NCBI GenBank assembly: GCA_905199855.1 | Contig: CAJKHY010000003.1 | Coordinates: forward strand, 6,823 to 70,822 | Reading direction: 5' to 3' | DNA: 64,000 nucleotides | DNA from: an uncultured Clostridium sp. | Lineage (GTDB): Bacteria; Bacillota_I; Bacilli_A; RF39; UBA660 | Shown here: positions 1 to 9,018 of the stretch, in pieces | Layout of the letters: each line of letters starts with the position of its first letter | Position numbering within the stretch: the first letter of the stretch is position 1 | The notes under the pieces: generated by a model | The model's input: only the letters and a program-made list of their open reading frames with translations | What the model was told of the DNA's origin: nothing | Database searches by the model: none | Made by a program: the position numbers and the translations under genes

Positions 1-880
1 TAATGCTAATAGCATGGTATGAACTTTTTTCTTTTATTTTTATATAATCAAAGCCTATTTCCATGTTAACTCCTGCTTCTTTTAATTTGGATATTAGTGA
101 TTCTAAATGGCTTGGAATAATATTATTAATAGTTAGGTTTTCTCCAAGTAATGAGGCAATGATTAGATATGTTCCTGCTTCAATACGATCTGGTATTACT
201 TCATGAAAACATTTGTGTAAATATGTTACTCCTTCTATTTTTATGACATTGGTTCCTGCACCTTTGATTTTGGCTCCCATATTATTTAGGAATGTTGCAA
301 CATTTACTATTTCTGGTTCTTTAGCAGCATTTTCGATAATGGTTGTACCTTCAGCTTTAACCGCGGCGAGCATGATGTTAATTGTAGCTCCAACACTAGG
401 CATATCTAAATAAATTTTTGCTCCAGTTAATTTTGAGGCTCTGATGGTGTATTTGTTACTTTTTTCTACTACTTCTGCCCCGAGTAAACGGTAGCCTTTT
501 AGGGTTTGGTCAATTGGTCTTGCTCCAATATTGCAACCTCCAGGAAAATACATTTCTACTTTTTTATATTTTCCTAAAAGAGCAGACATGAAGTAGTATG
601 ATGCTCTTAGTTTGTTTGAAATATTTTCTGGTATTTCTTTGTTTTTTATTTCTTTAGGGTTTATGGTAATTGTGCCATTTGTCGTTTTAACTTGTGCTCC
701 TAGGTAAAATAATATTTCTTCTAGGGATTCAACATCCGCGATATTAGGGATATTGCTAATTGAGACAATTTCATCACATAGGATAGCCGCAGGGATTAAA
801 GCTACCGCACTATTCTTAGCTCCACTGACGGTTATTTGTCCAGTTAGTTTGTGTTTACCTTCTATTTTTATTTTAGGCAT
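1..880 (-). CDS. murA: UDP-N-acetylglucosamine 1-carboxyvinyltransferase (MurA), 5' part only; gene runs off the window start
   Basis: Reverse translation from ATG at 878-880 gives MPKIKIEGKHKLTGQITVSGAKNSAVALIPAAIL..., a typical MurA N-terminus. AGGAGG RBS upstream. Adjacent to fba as in Bacillus. Confidence 0.8.
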   Translation of the reverse strand, partial: MPKIKIEGKHKLTGQITVSGAKNSAVALIPAAILCDEIVSISNIPNIADVESLEEILFYLGAQVKTTNGTITINPKEIKNKEIPENISNKLRASYYFMSALLGKYKKVEMYFPGGCNIGARPIDQTLKGYRLLGAEVVEKSNKYTIRASKLTGAKIYLDMPSVGATINIMLAAVKAEGTTIIENAAKEPEIVNVATFLNNMGAKIKGAGTNVIKIEGVTYLHKCFHEVIPDRIEAGTYLIIASLLGENLTINNIIPSHLESLISKLKEAGVNMEIGFDYIKIKEKSSYHAISI

Positions 881-896
881 ATTTCCTCCTACTGTA

Positions 897-1748
897 TTAT
901 ATGTTTTTAAATAATTTTGTTTTTTCTTTAACAACCTTTTTAATGGCTTTTTCTCCACTCGTGATAACTTTTCTTGGGTCATAGGCTGTTTCATTTTCTT
1001 TTAGGAATTTTCTTACTTCGCTTGCCCAGGCTATTTGTAGTTCGGTGTTAATGTTGATTTTGTTAATGCCATTTCTTATTGCTTCTTGAATAAGATTATC
1101 AGGAATGCCCGTTCCACCATGTAAGACAAGAGGAATAGAAACATTTTCGCTTATTTTTTTCATGGTTATAAAATCAAGGTTTGGTTTCCCTTTATATAGT
1201 CCATGGACACTTCCTAAAGCTGGGGCTATAGAATCAATATGAGTGCTATTTACTAGAGTAATGACATCTTCTAATTTGGCATTATAATTTTTGCCTTCCA
1301 TGTCATCTTCGCTTCCACCTATTTGTCCTATTTCGGCTTCTACTGTTACATTTTTTGAATGTGCATATTCAACTACTCTTTTTGTTATATTTATATTTTC
1401 TAGAAGAGGGTAGTGAGAGGCATCGATCATAACAGAGGTAAAGCCTGCATCAATACATTTTTGGCATATTTCAAATGAAGAACCATGGTCTAAATGGAGA
1501 ACAACATCAATTTGAATGTTTAAGTCTTTGATTAATGATTTTACAAGGTTGGCTACAACATTTACGCCTCCCATGTATTTTATGGCTCCTTCACTTACAC
1601 CAAGGATAACATCACTGTTTAATTCTTGCATTTCTTCAAGGATATATCTCGTCCACTCTAGGTTGTTTATATTAAAGTGAGGAACAGCATAATTACCTTG
1701 TTTTGCTTTTTCTAATATTTCTTTACTGTTTACTAACATATTTATCAC
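897..1748 (-). CDS. fba: class II fructose-bisphosphate aldolase
   Basis: 283 aa; VVLHLDHGSS metal-binding motif; overall FbaA-like sequence. Confidence 0.85.
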   Translation of the reverse strand: MINMLVNSKEILEKAKQGNYAVPHFNINNLEWTRYILEEMQELNSDVILGVSEGAIKYMGGVNVVANLVKSLIKDLNIQIDVVLHLDHGSSFEICQKCIDAGFTSVMIDASHYPLLENINITKRVVEYAHSKNVTVEAEIGQIGGSEDDMEGKNYNAKLEDVITLVNSTHIDSIAPALGSVHGLYKGKPNLDFITMKKISENVSIPLVLHGGTGIPDNLIQEAIRNGINKININTELQIAWASEVRKFLKENETAYDPRKVITSGEKAIKKVVKEKTKLFKNI

Positions 1749-1844
1749 CCATTATAATATTAAGATAAATTTTGCTTTTAGTCAAATAAAAAAGACATAT
1801 ACTTGACAGTATACATCTTTTACCCCTTTTTTTATTTCGTTTTA

Positions 1845-3302
1845 TTAAATAGTTAATTTTCTTGTATATGCTTTTGAACTTGTACTGCAGTTGGTGTTTT
1901 CTTCAATATTACTGAATTGTTCATCTAATTTTGCTTGTTCTTTTTCAGTTAATCTATATAATGAGTTTGCTCTTTCAAGATCTGACATGATTAGATTAAC
2001 TGCATTTTCCATTGAGTATTCAATATCTAACATTAGGTATTTGCTATGTTCATAGTTTTCTGGATTTGTGTTAGCTGGTGCTCCTTTAGATGCGTTGTAA
2101 TTTAATATCGAATTATCTATTTCTCCTAATGTATTTGTATACTCAACAACTGTATCTTCAGGTAATAATTGAACGGCAACTTGAGCAACATCTAATAAGA
2201 TAAATTGTACTTGGTTTGATACTGATGTCGTTCCTAAAGAGGCTACTTCTAATTCTCTTACTTCATTGATAGTTAAATTCATTTTGTTAGCAAGTTCTTC
2301 GTAACTTGGTATTTTATTTAATTCTTTGATTAGTCCTTGTCTTACTTTTAAGTAGTTCTTTACATTGTCTTTTTGGACTGGATTATTTGGATAAACAATT
2401 GTCTCGGCAATTGATCTTACAAAATCATAAGATTCTCCCAATGCTTCTTCTTTATCTTTTTCATATGATGCAGATACAACACTTTGTATTCTATCAGCAA
2501 AGTAACTATATACTATTCTATCTTTGTCATCCATGATATATTTAGCATAGATACTTGTTCCATTTGATGGATTGCTTCCTTTAATTTTGTGATTAAATGA
2601 TAAATAATTTACTGATGGAATAGTTAACTCTTGTAGTATTGTTTCATAATCTTCAGCAAAATCCAACCAATAATCGTGGCTATATACATCTATTTGCTCT
2701 AGTGTTAAACCATTGATAAAGCCTAATTGAATTAATACTTCATCGTCATTTAATACAATTCCTGTTGCTAATTCAATATCATTTTTAAAGTTTTCAAGGT
2801 TGTTTTTGATAAATTCTAGTTTCTCTGCTGGAAGAAATGTATTTAACTTATCTTCAACTATAGGTGCAAATGAAGGTGCTGGAGTATTTTCAATTTCATA
2901 ATTTATTTTGTTTTCATTTGCAACAAGTGCATTCTCATCAATAGAGGTTTCTATATTTGACTTTTCTGTTCTTGTCCCTTTAATATCATTTAATATTGAT
3001 TTTGCCAAAGAAACAATACCATAACCCGCTAAAGTAACTGCAACAGTTCCCGCTAAAGCGAGAGAAGTTATTTTTACAAAATTGTTTTTTCTTTGTATTG
3101 TATAACATACTTCTGCTCTTTGGTCTCTTGGTTTTTTTCTTTCACTTATTTCTATATTTCTTAGAATATCATCTAAGTCTTCAGGATCTATATATTTTGT
3201 TGTTGAATTGATTGGTGTTTTTGATTTTTCGTTAGCAAAAACTCCAATTCTTAATTCATTTTCCTTATCATAATAAGGTCTTATAATTTTTCCATTTTTC
3301 AT
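1845..3302 (-). CDS. hypothetical membrane protein (ORF-A); N-terminal cytoplasmic ~75 aa, one TM, large C-terminal domain; possible anti-sigma-factor-like architecture
   Basis: 485 aa ORF. TM segment VKITSLALAGTVAVTLAGYGIV. The N-terminus MKNGKIIRPYYDKENELRIGVF weakly resembles RsgI-N-type anti-sigma domains. The internal segment YLKVRQGLIKELNKIPSYEELANKMNLTINEVRELEV resembles sigma-70 region 3. Own consensus promoter. Confidence 0.5.
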   Translation of the reverse strand: MKNGKIIRPYYDKENELRIGVFANEKSKTPINSTTKYIDPEDLDDILRNIEISERKKPRDQRAEVCYTIQRKNNFVKITSLALAGTVAVTLAGYGIVSLAKSILNDIKGTRTEKSNIETSIDENALVANENKINYEIENTPAPSFAPIVEDKLNTFLPAEKLEFIKNNLENFKNDIELATGIVLNDDEVLIQLGFINGLTLEQIDVYSHDYWLDFAEDYETILQELTIPSVNYLSFNHKIKGSNPSNGTSIYAKYIMDDKDRIVYSYFADRIQSVVSASYEKDKEEALGESYDFVRSIAETIVYPNNPVQKDNVKNYLKVRQGLIKELNKIPSYEELANKMNLTINEVRELEVASLGTTSVSNQVQFILLDVAQVAVQLLPEDTVVEYTNTLGEIDNSILNYNASKGAPANTNPENYEHSKYLMLDIEYSMENAVNLIMSDLERANSLYRLTEKEQAKLDEQFSNIEENTNCSTSSKAYTRKLTI

Positions 3303-3368
3303 AATTTTCCCCCTCTTTCAAAAAGATGTCTCATATTCTAGCACGTATGTTTGTATTTGTCAAGTGTT
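3303..3368 (-). promoter_or_regulatory. Consensus sigma-A promoter plus leader of ORF-A: TTGACA-17-TGcTAGAAT with extended -10, and RBS AGAGGGGGAA
   Basis: Reverse complement reads CTTGACAAATACAAACATACGTGCTAGAATATGAGACATCTTTTTGAAAGAGGGGGAAAATTATG. About 80% identical to the promoter/leader of ORF-B at 18903-18970. Confidence 0.6.
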
Positions 3369-3382
3369 TTTTTGTTTTTTTT

Positions 3383-3916
3383 TTAAAATAAATACGATAA
3401 ACCTATAATTATTAGGACTATTCCACCACATATTGTTGATATTTTTCCATATTTTTGACTTAGTTTATCTCCTATATTTAGGCCAAAGTAAGTAAATAAG
3501 GCACTTGTAAGGCAAAATGTGGTGCTTACTATTAAGTAATTGTTATTGATGATATTTAATCCTATTCCGGTAGTAAAACTATCAATACTAACACTTAGGC
3601 CAAAAATAAGGAAACTTACGATGTTTTCTAATGGTACTACTTCTTTTTCTTTGATGTTGGATAGAATTAGTTCTAGTCCAATGATAATAAATATAATTGA
3701 TACTAAGTATTTTAGGTTTAAAACTAGGTATTTAGCTATGAATAAGCCTATTGATAATCCTAGCAAGGGCATTAAAAAGTGATAAATACCGACGATAATG
3801 GATAGGATAATTTTATTTTTTTTATCAATGTTTAATGTGCCATATACAAGTGATAAGGAAAAGGCATCCATGCTTAAGCTTATGGCAATGATAAGTGTAG
3901 TAAGAAATGTGTTCAT
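3383..3916 (-). CDS. mntP: manganese efflux pump MntP family (DUF204) membrane protein
   Basis: 177 aa polytopic membrane protein with the LSMDAFSLSL motif typical of MntP/YwlD. Confidence 0.6.
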   Translation of the reverse strand: MNTFLTTLIIAISLSMDAFSLSLVYGTLNIDKKNKIILSIIVGIYHFLMPLLGLSIGLFIAKYLVLNLKYLVSIIFIIIGLELILSNIKEKEVVPLENIVSFLIFGLSVSIDSFTTGIGLNIINNNYLIVSTTFCLTSALFTYFGLNIGDKLSQKYGKISTICGGIVLIIIGLSYLF

Positions 3917-3963
3917 GTAAGAGAACCTCCTAATTAAATTTTATTTAGGAGGTTTTACTTTAT

Positions 3964-4497
3964 TCAAAATATTTTATTTAGAAGTTCTTTTACTAAAAAT
4001 TTGTATTCTACCTCATCTTGATTTTCGTTATCTAATAGGCATAGTGGGGGAAACAAAACACACCACCAATTGTCTCCTTTACCATCACCAAGTGTTATTA
4101 CTAAAGATTCATAATAACCGTCATTATATGTAATACCTTTATATTGTTTCTTAGGAAAATAATTTTGTCCATATTTAATGGTATAATCAATGTTATAATT
4201 TTTATCTTTTATTGTTTTATCTATTTCTTTTTTTAAATTATCTAAGTTATTTTGAATGGTATTTCTTGCATCGTTGATATTATTTAAGTCAATTAGGTTA
4301 TTTGCTATGTAGCTTTCAATAGTATTTTTTATTACTTGTTTTTGGGTTTGGTCTTCAATTGTGTTACTGTTTGATATTACTCTTAATCTTATTGCTGTAT
4401 CAGGGATAACGATATTATCTTTATTATTTGTGCTATCATATGCGATAAATGTTATAGTTATTGCTATAATTATTAGTATTTTTTTAATAATTATCAC
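3964..4497 (-). CDS. spoIIR: stage II sporulation protein R (SpoIIR)
   Basis: N-terminal signal/TM; IRLRVISNSNTIEDQ motif and C-terminal NWWCVLFPPLCL typical of SpoIIR; located next to prmC-prfA as in B. subtilis. Confidence 0.7.
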   Translation of the reverse strand: MIIIKKILIIIAITITFIAYDSTNNKDNIVIPDTAIRLRVISNSNTIEDQTQKQVIKNTIESYIANNLIDLNNINDARNTIQNNLDNLKKEIDKTIKDKNYNIDYTIKYGQNYFPKKQYKGITYNDGYYESLVITLGDGKGDNWWCVLFPPLCLLDNENQDEVEYKFLVKELLNKIF

Positions 4498-4533
4498 CCT
4501 TTCTAATAGTGTTATGGGGGATAATGATTTTTT

Positions 4534-5328
4534 TTATTCAGTTTTATAGATAAAAACGTAGCGATCTTTGTTACTATAGTCTTTTTCGATGGATACTGTA
4601 GGGGTATCTAAATATTTATAGGCAATAGCTTTTATTTGCTTGCCTTGATTCATGCCTATTTCAAAGGCTATTAGGTATTTAGATTTTTGTTTCATATTTT
4701 TTAGTATTTGTTCATAGAAGTATAGTCCATCTTTTTTAGCATATAAAGCCATGTGGGGTTCATTATTCCTTACTATGTCCATAATTTTTTCATCATTTGC
4801 AATGTAAGGTGGGTTACTAATAATAATATCATAATATGAAGGTAATGGTTTTGTGATGTCGTGCTTTATAATATTTATTAGAGTGTTGTTTGTTTTTGCA
4901 TTTTCTATGGCTACACTTATAGCTTTTGCTGATAGTTCGTAGGCGTCTATTTTGATAGTAGGGAAAAATTTTTTTAGGGTGATAGCTATACAACCTGAGC
5001 CTGTTCCTAAATCGGCTATGGTTAAATTGTTTTGATTAGGATAGAGTTTTTTTATGTAATTGATAGTCTTTTCTACTAATAATTCTGTTTCAAAACGCGG
5101 TATTAAGACATTTTTATTTACTTTGATGATGTTGCCATAGAAGTTAACATTGCCAATTATGTATTGAATAGGTTTTCCTTTTATTAATTGATTAATACCT
5201 TGATTATAGGTTTTCTCATTGTAAATATTTTCTTCTTGTAAGTAGTTATAGTAATAATCGGCTAAAGATTCTTCGATGTTGTGTTCTTTTAGAATTTGTT
5301 TGGCTTTAGTTATGGTATTATTTGTCAT
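4534..5328 (-). CDS. prmC: release factor glutamine N5-methyltransferase PrmC/HemK
   Basis: SAM MTase motifs DLGTGSGCIA and NPPY (ISNPPYI); overlaps prfA. Confidence 0.8.
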   Translation of the reverse strand: MTNNTITKAKQILKEHNIEESLADYYYNYLQEENIYNEKTYNQGINQLIKGKPIQYIIGNVNFYGNIIKVNKNVLIPRFETELLVEKTINYIKKLYPNQNNLTIADLGTGSGCIAITLKKFFPTIKIDAYELSAKAISVAIENAKTNNTLINIIKHDITKPLPSYYDIIISNPPYIANDEKIMDIVRNNEPHMALYAKKDGLYFYEQILKNMKQKSKYLIAFEIGMNQGKQIKAIAYKYLDTPTVSIEKDYSNKDRYVFIYKTE

Positions 5329-6379
5329 TTCCTTCTAAGGCTCTTTTCTGATTTTCGTTTATTAAGGCATCAATTATGATTCCTAATTCACCATCCATGA
5401 TGCGATCTAGATTCATTGATGTAAATCCAATTCGATGGTCGGTTACTCTATTTTGAGGGTAATTATAGGTTCTTATTTTTTCTGAGCGATCGCCAGTTCC
5501 TATTTTAATTCTTCTTTCAGCACTTTCTTTTTCTTCGTTTTCTTTTAATTTCAAGTCATATAATCTTGTTTTTAAGATTTTCATGGCTTTTTCTTTGTTT
5601 TTGATTTGGCTTCTTTCTGTTTGGGAATAAACAATGATACCTGTTGGGATATGGGTTAATCTTACTGCTGAGTCAGTTGTGTTTACGCCTTGTCCTCCAC
5701 AGCCACTTGAACGGGTGATATCTACTCGTACTTCTGATTCATCTAATTCAAAATCAAATTCTTCAGCTTCTGGCATGACTAAAACGGTTGCTGTTGAAGT
5801 ATGAACACGGCCTTGAGATTCGGTTTCTGGTACTCTTTGAACACGATGCGAACCACTTTCAAACTTTAATTTAGAATATGCTCCTTCTCCTTTAATCATA
5901 AATTCTATTTGGGCATATCCTCCAGCCGAACCTTCAACACTGTTTAAGATTTCACTTTTCCAACCATAGTTGGCTATATATTTTTGGTACATGTCATATA
6001 AATCGCCTGCGAAAATGTTGGCTTCATCTCCTCCTGCGGCTCCACGAATTTCTATGATAACATTCTTTTCATCATTAGGATCGTGTGGTAGTAATAAGAT
6101 TTCTAATTCTTTTTCAGTTTTGTTTTTTTCTTCTTCTAATCTAATTAATTCTTCTTTAGCAAACTCTCCTAATTCTTTATCGTGGATTAGTTCTTTACTT
6201 TCTTTGATATCATTTAATATTTTTTTATATTTGAGATATAGTTCTACTGTTTCTTTTAATCTTACTTGTTCTTTTGATAATTCGGTCATTTTTTTAATAT
6301 CTTTTAATACTTCTTCGCTTGATAGTAGGGAAGTTGTTTCGTCATATCTTTCTTTGATTTTTTCTAATCTTTCAATCAT
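5318..6379 (-). CDS. prfA: peptide chain release factor 1
   Basis: GGQ motif (SGCGGQGVNTTDSAVRLTHIPTGI) and RF1-type PxT region (RVQRVPETESQGR). Confidence 0.9.
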   Translation of the reverse strand: MIERLEKIKERYDETTSLLSSEEVLKDIKKMTELSKEQVRLKETVELYLKYKKILNDIKESKELIHDKELGEFAKEELIRLEEEKNKTEKELEILLLPHDPNDEKNVIIEIRGAAGGDEANIFAGDLYDMYQKYIANYGWKSEILNSVEGSAGGYAQIEFMIKGEGAYSKLKFESGSHRVQRVPETESQGRVHTSTATVLVMPEAEEFDFELDESEVRVDITRSSGCGGQGVNTTDSAVRLTHIPTGIIVYSQTERSQIKNKEKAMKILKTRLYDLKLKENEEKESAERRIKIGTGDRSEKIRTYNYPQNRVTDHRIGFTSMNLDRIMDGELGIIIDALINENQKRALEGNDK

Positions 6380-6466
6380 GAGTAATTCTCCTTTTCTATT
6401 AGAATTATATTATATAATTAACTTTTATGCAAATAAAAATATGTTTTTAGGACATATTTTCATTTT

Positions 6467-6898
6467 TTATTCGATTTCGTCTTCATCTATGATAGATAAA
6501 TCAGTTAATTCATCATCTTCGTAGTCATCATCTGTGGCATCGTAGTCGTCAATATCAATGTCATCATCTTCTTCAGGTTCAATATCATCTTCATCACTGG
6601 TTTCTGGTTCGATTTCGTCTTCTTCCTCTTCTTCTAAGTCTATTTTAACGGCATGATTAGATTTTAAATCCCACTTGCCATCTGTTAGTAAGATAAATTC
6701 TTTTGATGTTGTTAATGATTGGAAGAAATCTGCAATTTTTTCTTCATATTCATTTTCGCTTAGTTCTAATAAATCACATACTTCTTTGAACAATTCTTTT
6801 GTTGTTAATGTTTTTTTAGTTTCCTCTAAATACATTTTTGCTATTTGTGTGTATGAGAGTAACTCCAATTCTTCTTTAGGCATTTTTTTTATACTCAT
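6467..6898 (-). CDS. rpoE: DNA-directed RNA polymerase delta subunit (RpoE)
   Basis: N-terminal HARE-HTH-like domain (MSIKKMPKEELELLSYTQIAKMYL...TDGKWDL) followed by a long poly-acidic D/E tail. Confidence 0.75.
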   Translation of the reverse strand: MSIKKMPKEELELLSYTQIAKMYLEETKKTLTTKELFKEVCDLLELSENEYEEKIADFFQSLTTSKEFILLTDGKWDLKSNHAVKIDLEEEEEDEIEPETSDEDDIEPEEDDDIDIDDYDATDDDYEDDELTDLSIIDEDEIE

Positions 6899-6908
6899 TT
6901 TTTTCCTC

Positions 6909-8528
6909 CTACATTTCCTCTCTTGGTATTATACCTATTAAATTTAAACTATTATTGATAACAATTTGTATAGCTTTTAGTAAATTAGTTCTTTCACTAG
7001 TATACTGAATGTCCTCAGTTATAATTTTTTCTTGATTATAGTATGTGTGGAATAATGAGGCTAATTCGTAAACGTAGCTTGCTATAATATGTGGTGCTTT
7101 TTTGCTCGCTGAGGTTTCAACAATGTCTTTAAATTCATTTAGTTTATTCAAAATATTATATGTATATTGACTTTTTAATGTTTGATATTTGTCAATGTTG
7201 GTAGCAAAATTTTTGGAATTCTTTAAAATAGAGCATATTCTTGCATTGGCATATTCAATATAGTATACAGGATTTTCACTGTTTTGTTTTAAGGCTAAGT
7301 CAATATTGAAGTCTAATTGGGTGTCAAGGCTTTTTGATGAAAATAGATATCTTGTAGCATTTACGCCAACTTCTTCGATTATTTCACTTAGAGTTACAGT
7401 TTTACCTGTTCTTTTACTTAATTTTAATTCTTCGTTATCTTTCATTAGTCTTACCATTTGTAATATTTTGATATCTAGGATACTGCTATCTTTACCCATC
7501 ATTTCTAATGAGGCCTTTAATCTGTCTATATAGCCATGGTGATCTGCTCCAAGGACATCAATTAATTCATCAAAGCCTCTTTCTATTTTATCACAGTGAT
7601 AAGCTATATCAGGTAATAAATAAGTATAGTTACCATCGCTTTTGATTAGAACACGATTTTTTTCATCACCATAGTCTATTGTTTTTAACCATAGAGCTCC
7701 ATCTTCAATATAGCAGTGGTTGTCATTTTTTAGTTTGGTAATTACTTTTTCTACTAAACCACGGTCATATAATGATTGTTCACTAGAGAATACATCAAAG
7801 TTAACACGATAGATGTCTAAGTCTTTTTTTATTTTTTCTAATAGGATGTTTAGTCCATATTTTTTAAAGAATGGGATGTCTTCGTTTAATTTAGTATCTT
7901 GATATTCTTCTTTAATTTTTTTGGCGATGTCAATTATTTCTTGTCCATGATACCCATCTTCTGGTAATGTGGATTCGATATTGTATAAGTTTTGGTATCT
8001 TACTTTAATGGAAATTCCAAGATTATTCATTTGATTACCTGCATCGTTGATATAATATTCTTTAGTTACATCGTACCCCGCAAAGGTCATGATTCTTGCT
8101 AAGTTATCTCCGTAGGTTGCTCCACGGCCATGTCCTAAGTGTAAGTTTCCTGTTGGATTTGCACTTACAAACTCAATATTTACTTTTTTTCCTTGCCCTA
8201 GATCACTTTTACCATAGTTAGTGTTTTCTTTAATTATGGTATTAATGCTTTCTAGTAAGTATTGCTCACTTATAAAGATATTAATAAATCCTGGCGGTAA
8301 TACTTCAATTTTAGATATTATTTCACTTTGAATTTTATTTTTAATTTTATTTGCTATGTTTATTGGATTATCTTTTAAAGATTTAGCTAAAGATAAAGCA
8401 ATATTAGTCGAATAATCTCCATGATTTTTATCCTTTGGTATGCTTACTTCAATTTCTTGCTCATAGTCAATTTGTAATTCAATTAATGTTTTTTTTAGTA
8501 TTTCTTGTATTTCTTTTTTTATACTCAT
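6909..8528 (-). CDS. argS: arginine--tRNA ligase
   Basis: 539 aa; class I aaRS HIGH-like motif (PTGNLHLGHGRG) and ArgRS-type anticodon-binding C-terminus. Confidence 0.9.
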   Translation of the reverse strand: MSIKKEIQEILKKTLIELQIDYEQEIEVSIPKDKNHGDYSTNIALSLAKSLKDNPINIANKIKNKIQSEIISKIEVLPPGFINIFISEQYLLESINTIIKENTNYGKSDLGQGKKVNIEFVSANPTGNLHLGHGRGATYGDNLARIMTFAGYDVTKEYYINDAGNQMNNLGISIKVRYQNLYNIESTLPEDGYHGQEIIDIAKKIKEEYQDTKLNEDIPFFKKYGLNILLEKIKKDLDIYRVNFDVFSSEQSLYDRGLVEKVITKLKNDNHCYIEDGALWLKTIDYGDEKNRVLIKSDGNYTYLLPDIAYHCDKIERGFDELIDVLGADHHGYIDRLKASLEMMGKDSSILDIKILQMVRLMKDNEELKLSKRTGKTVTLSEIIEEVGVNATRYLFSSKSLDTQLDFNIDLALKQNSENPVYYIEYANARICSILKNSKNFATNIDKYQTLKSQYTYNILNKLNEFKDIVETSASKKAPHIIASYVYELASLFHTYYNQEKIITEDIQYTSERTNLLKAIQIVINNSLNLIGIIPREEM

Positions 8529-8893
8529 AATATATCCTCCAATTCTATTTTATATTCAAATATGTTATTACTTTCTAAGATTTCATATTTGATATATATT
8601 TTATCTTCTTTAATATCTAATTCTCTTGTTTTGATATTTAGTTCTAAATTTAAACCTGATTCTTTTAGTAAATAATTACTCTTATGAGTTTTGTCTTTTT
8701 GGAACTGCATAGCGTGAGTAAATTTAGAATTATCTCTAATAACGATTATCTCATTATTTTTGATACGTATTTCATATGATGTATCATTGTCTTGATATTT
8801 TATTTTGTTTTGGTTAACAATGCAGTTAGAATTATGGTTAGTAATTTCATTAGTTGTTAAATTCTTTAATTCACTTTTAATTTTTCTTCGCAC
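8525..8893 (-). CDS. small hypothetical protein, probably the DUF1934 family protein commonly found upstream of argS in Firmicutes
   Basis: 122 aa; overlaps the argS start; beta-rich composition; synteny argument only. Confidence 0.4.
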   Translation of the reverse strand: MRRKIKSELKNLTTNEITNHNSNCIVNQNKIKYQDNDTSYEIRIKNNEIIVIRDNSKFTHAMQFQKDKTHKSNYLLKESGLNLELNIKTRELDIKEDKIYIKYEILESNNIFEYKIELEDIL

Positions 8894-9018
8894 AATATCA
8901 CCTGATTTTTTCGTTTCTCATTATATCATAACATTTAAAAAAATAAAACTTATATTTTATTTTTTTTAGTAAATATTATTATTAGGTTAGAAAAATCGTT
9001 TATTTTAAAGGAATTCAG

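Noticed and set aside
213-413. Short ORFs on the opposite strand of annotated genes (e.g. 213-413, 3540-3782, 5970-6524, 12223-12744, 15639-16047, 19260-19818, 22492-22938, 28352-29284, 32171-32482, 33034-33228, 45566-45754, 47177-47464)
   Set aside because: All lie antisense within well-supported conserved genes, have low-complexity or hydrophobic composition typical of AT-rich antisense frames, and lack RBSs. Spurious.
5800-5830. RF1 tripeptide motif reads PET instead of the usual PAT/PVT
   Set aside because: The middle position of PxT is variable among RF1s. Without a comparison set this is not evidence of altered stop-codon recognition. There is no sign of stop-codon reassignment (UGA/UAG are used as stops throughout).
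8894-9018. T-box leader for argS
   Set aside because: The available upstream space is ~125 bp and is shared with a divergent promoter, too short for a T-box. argS is preceded by a small co-directional ORF instead.
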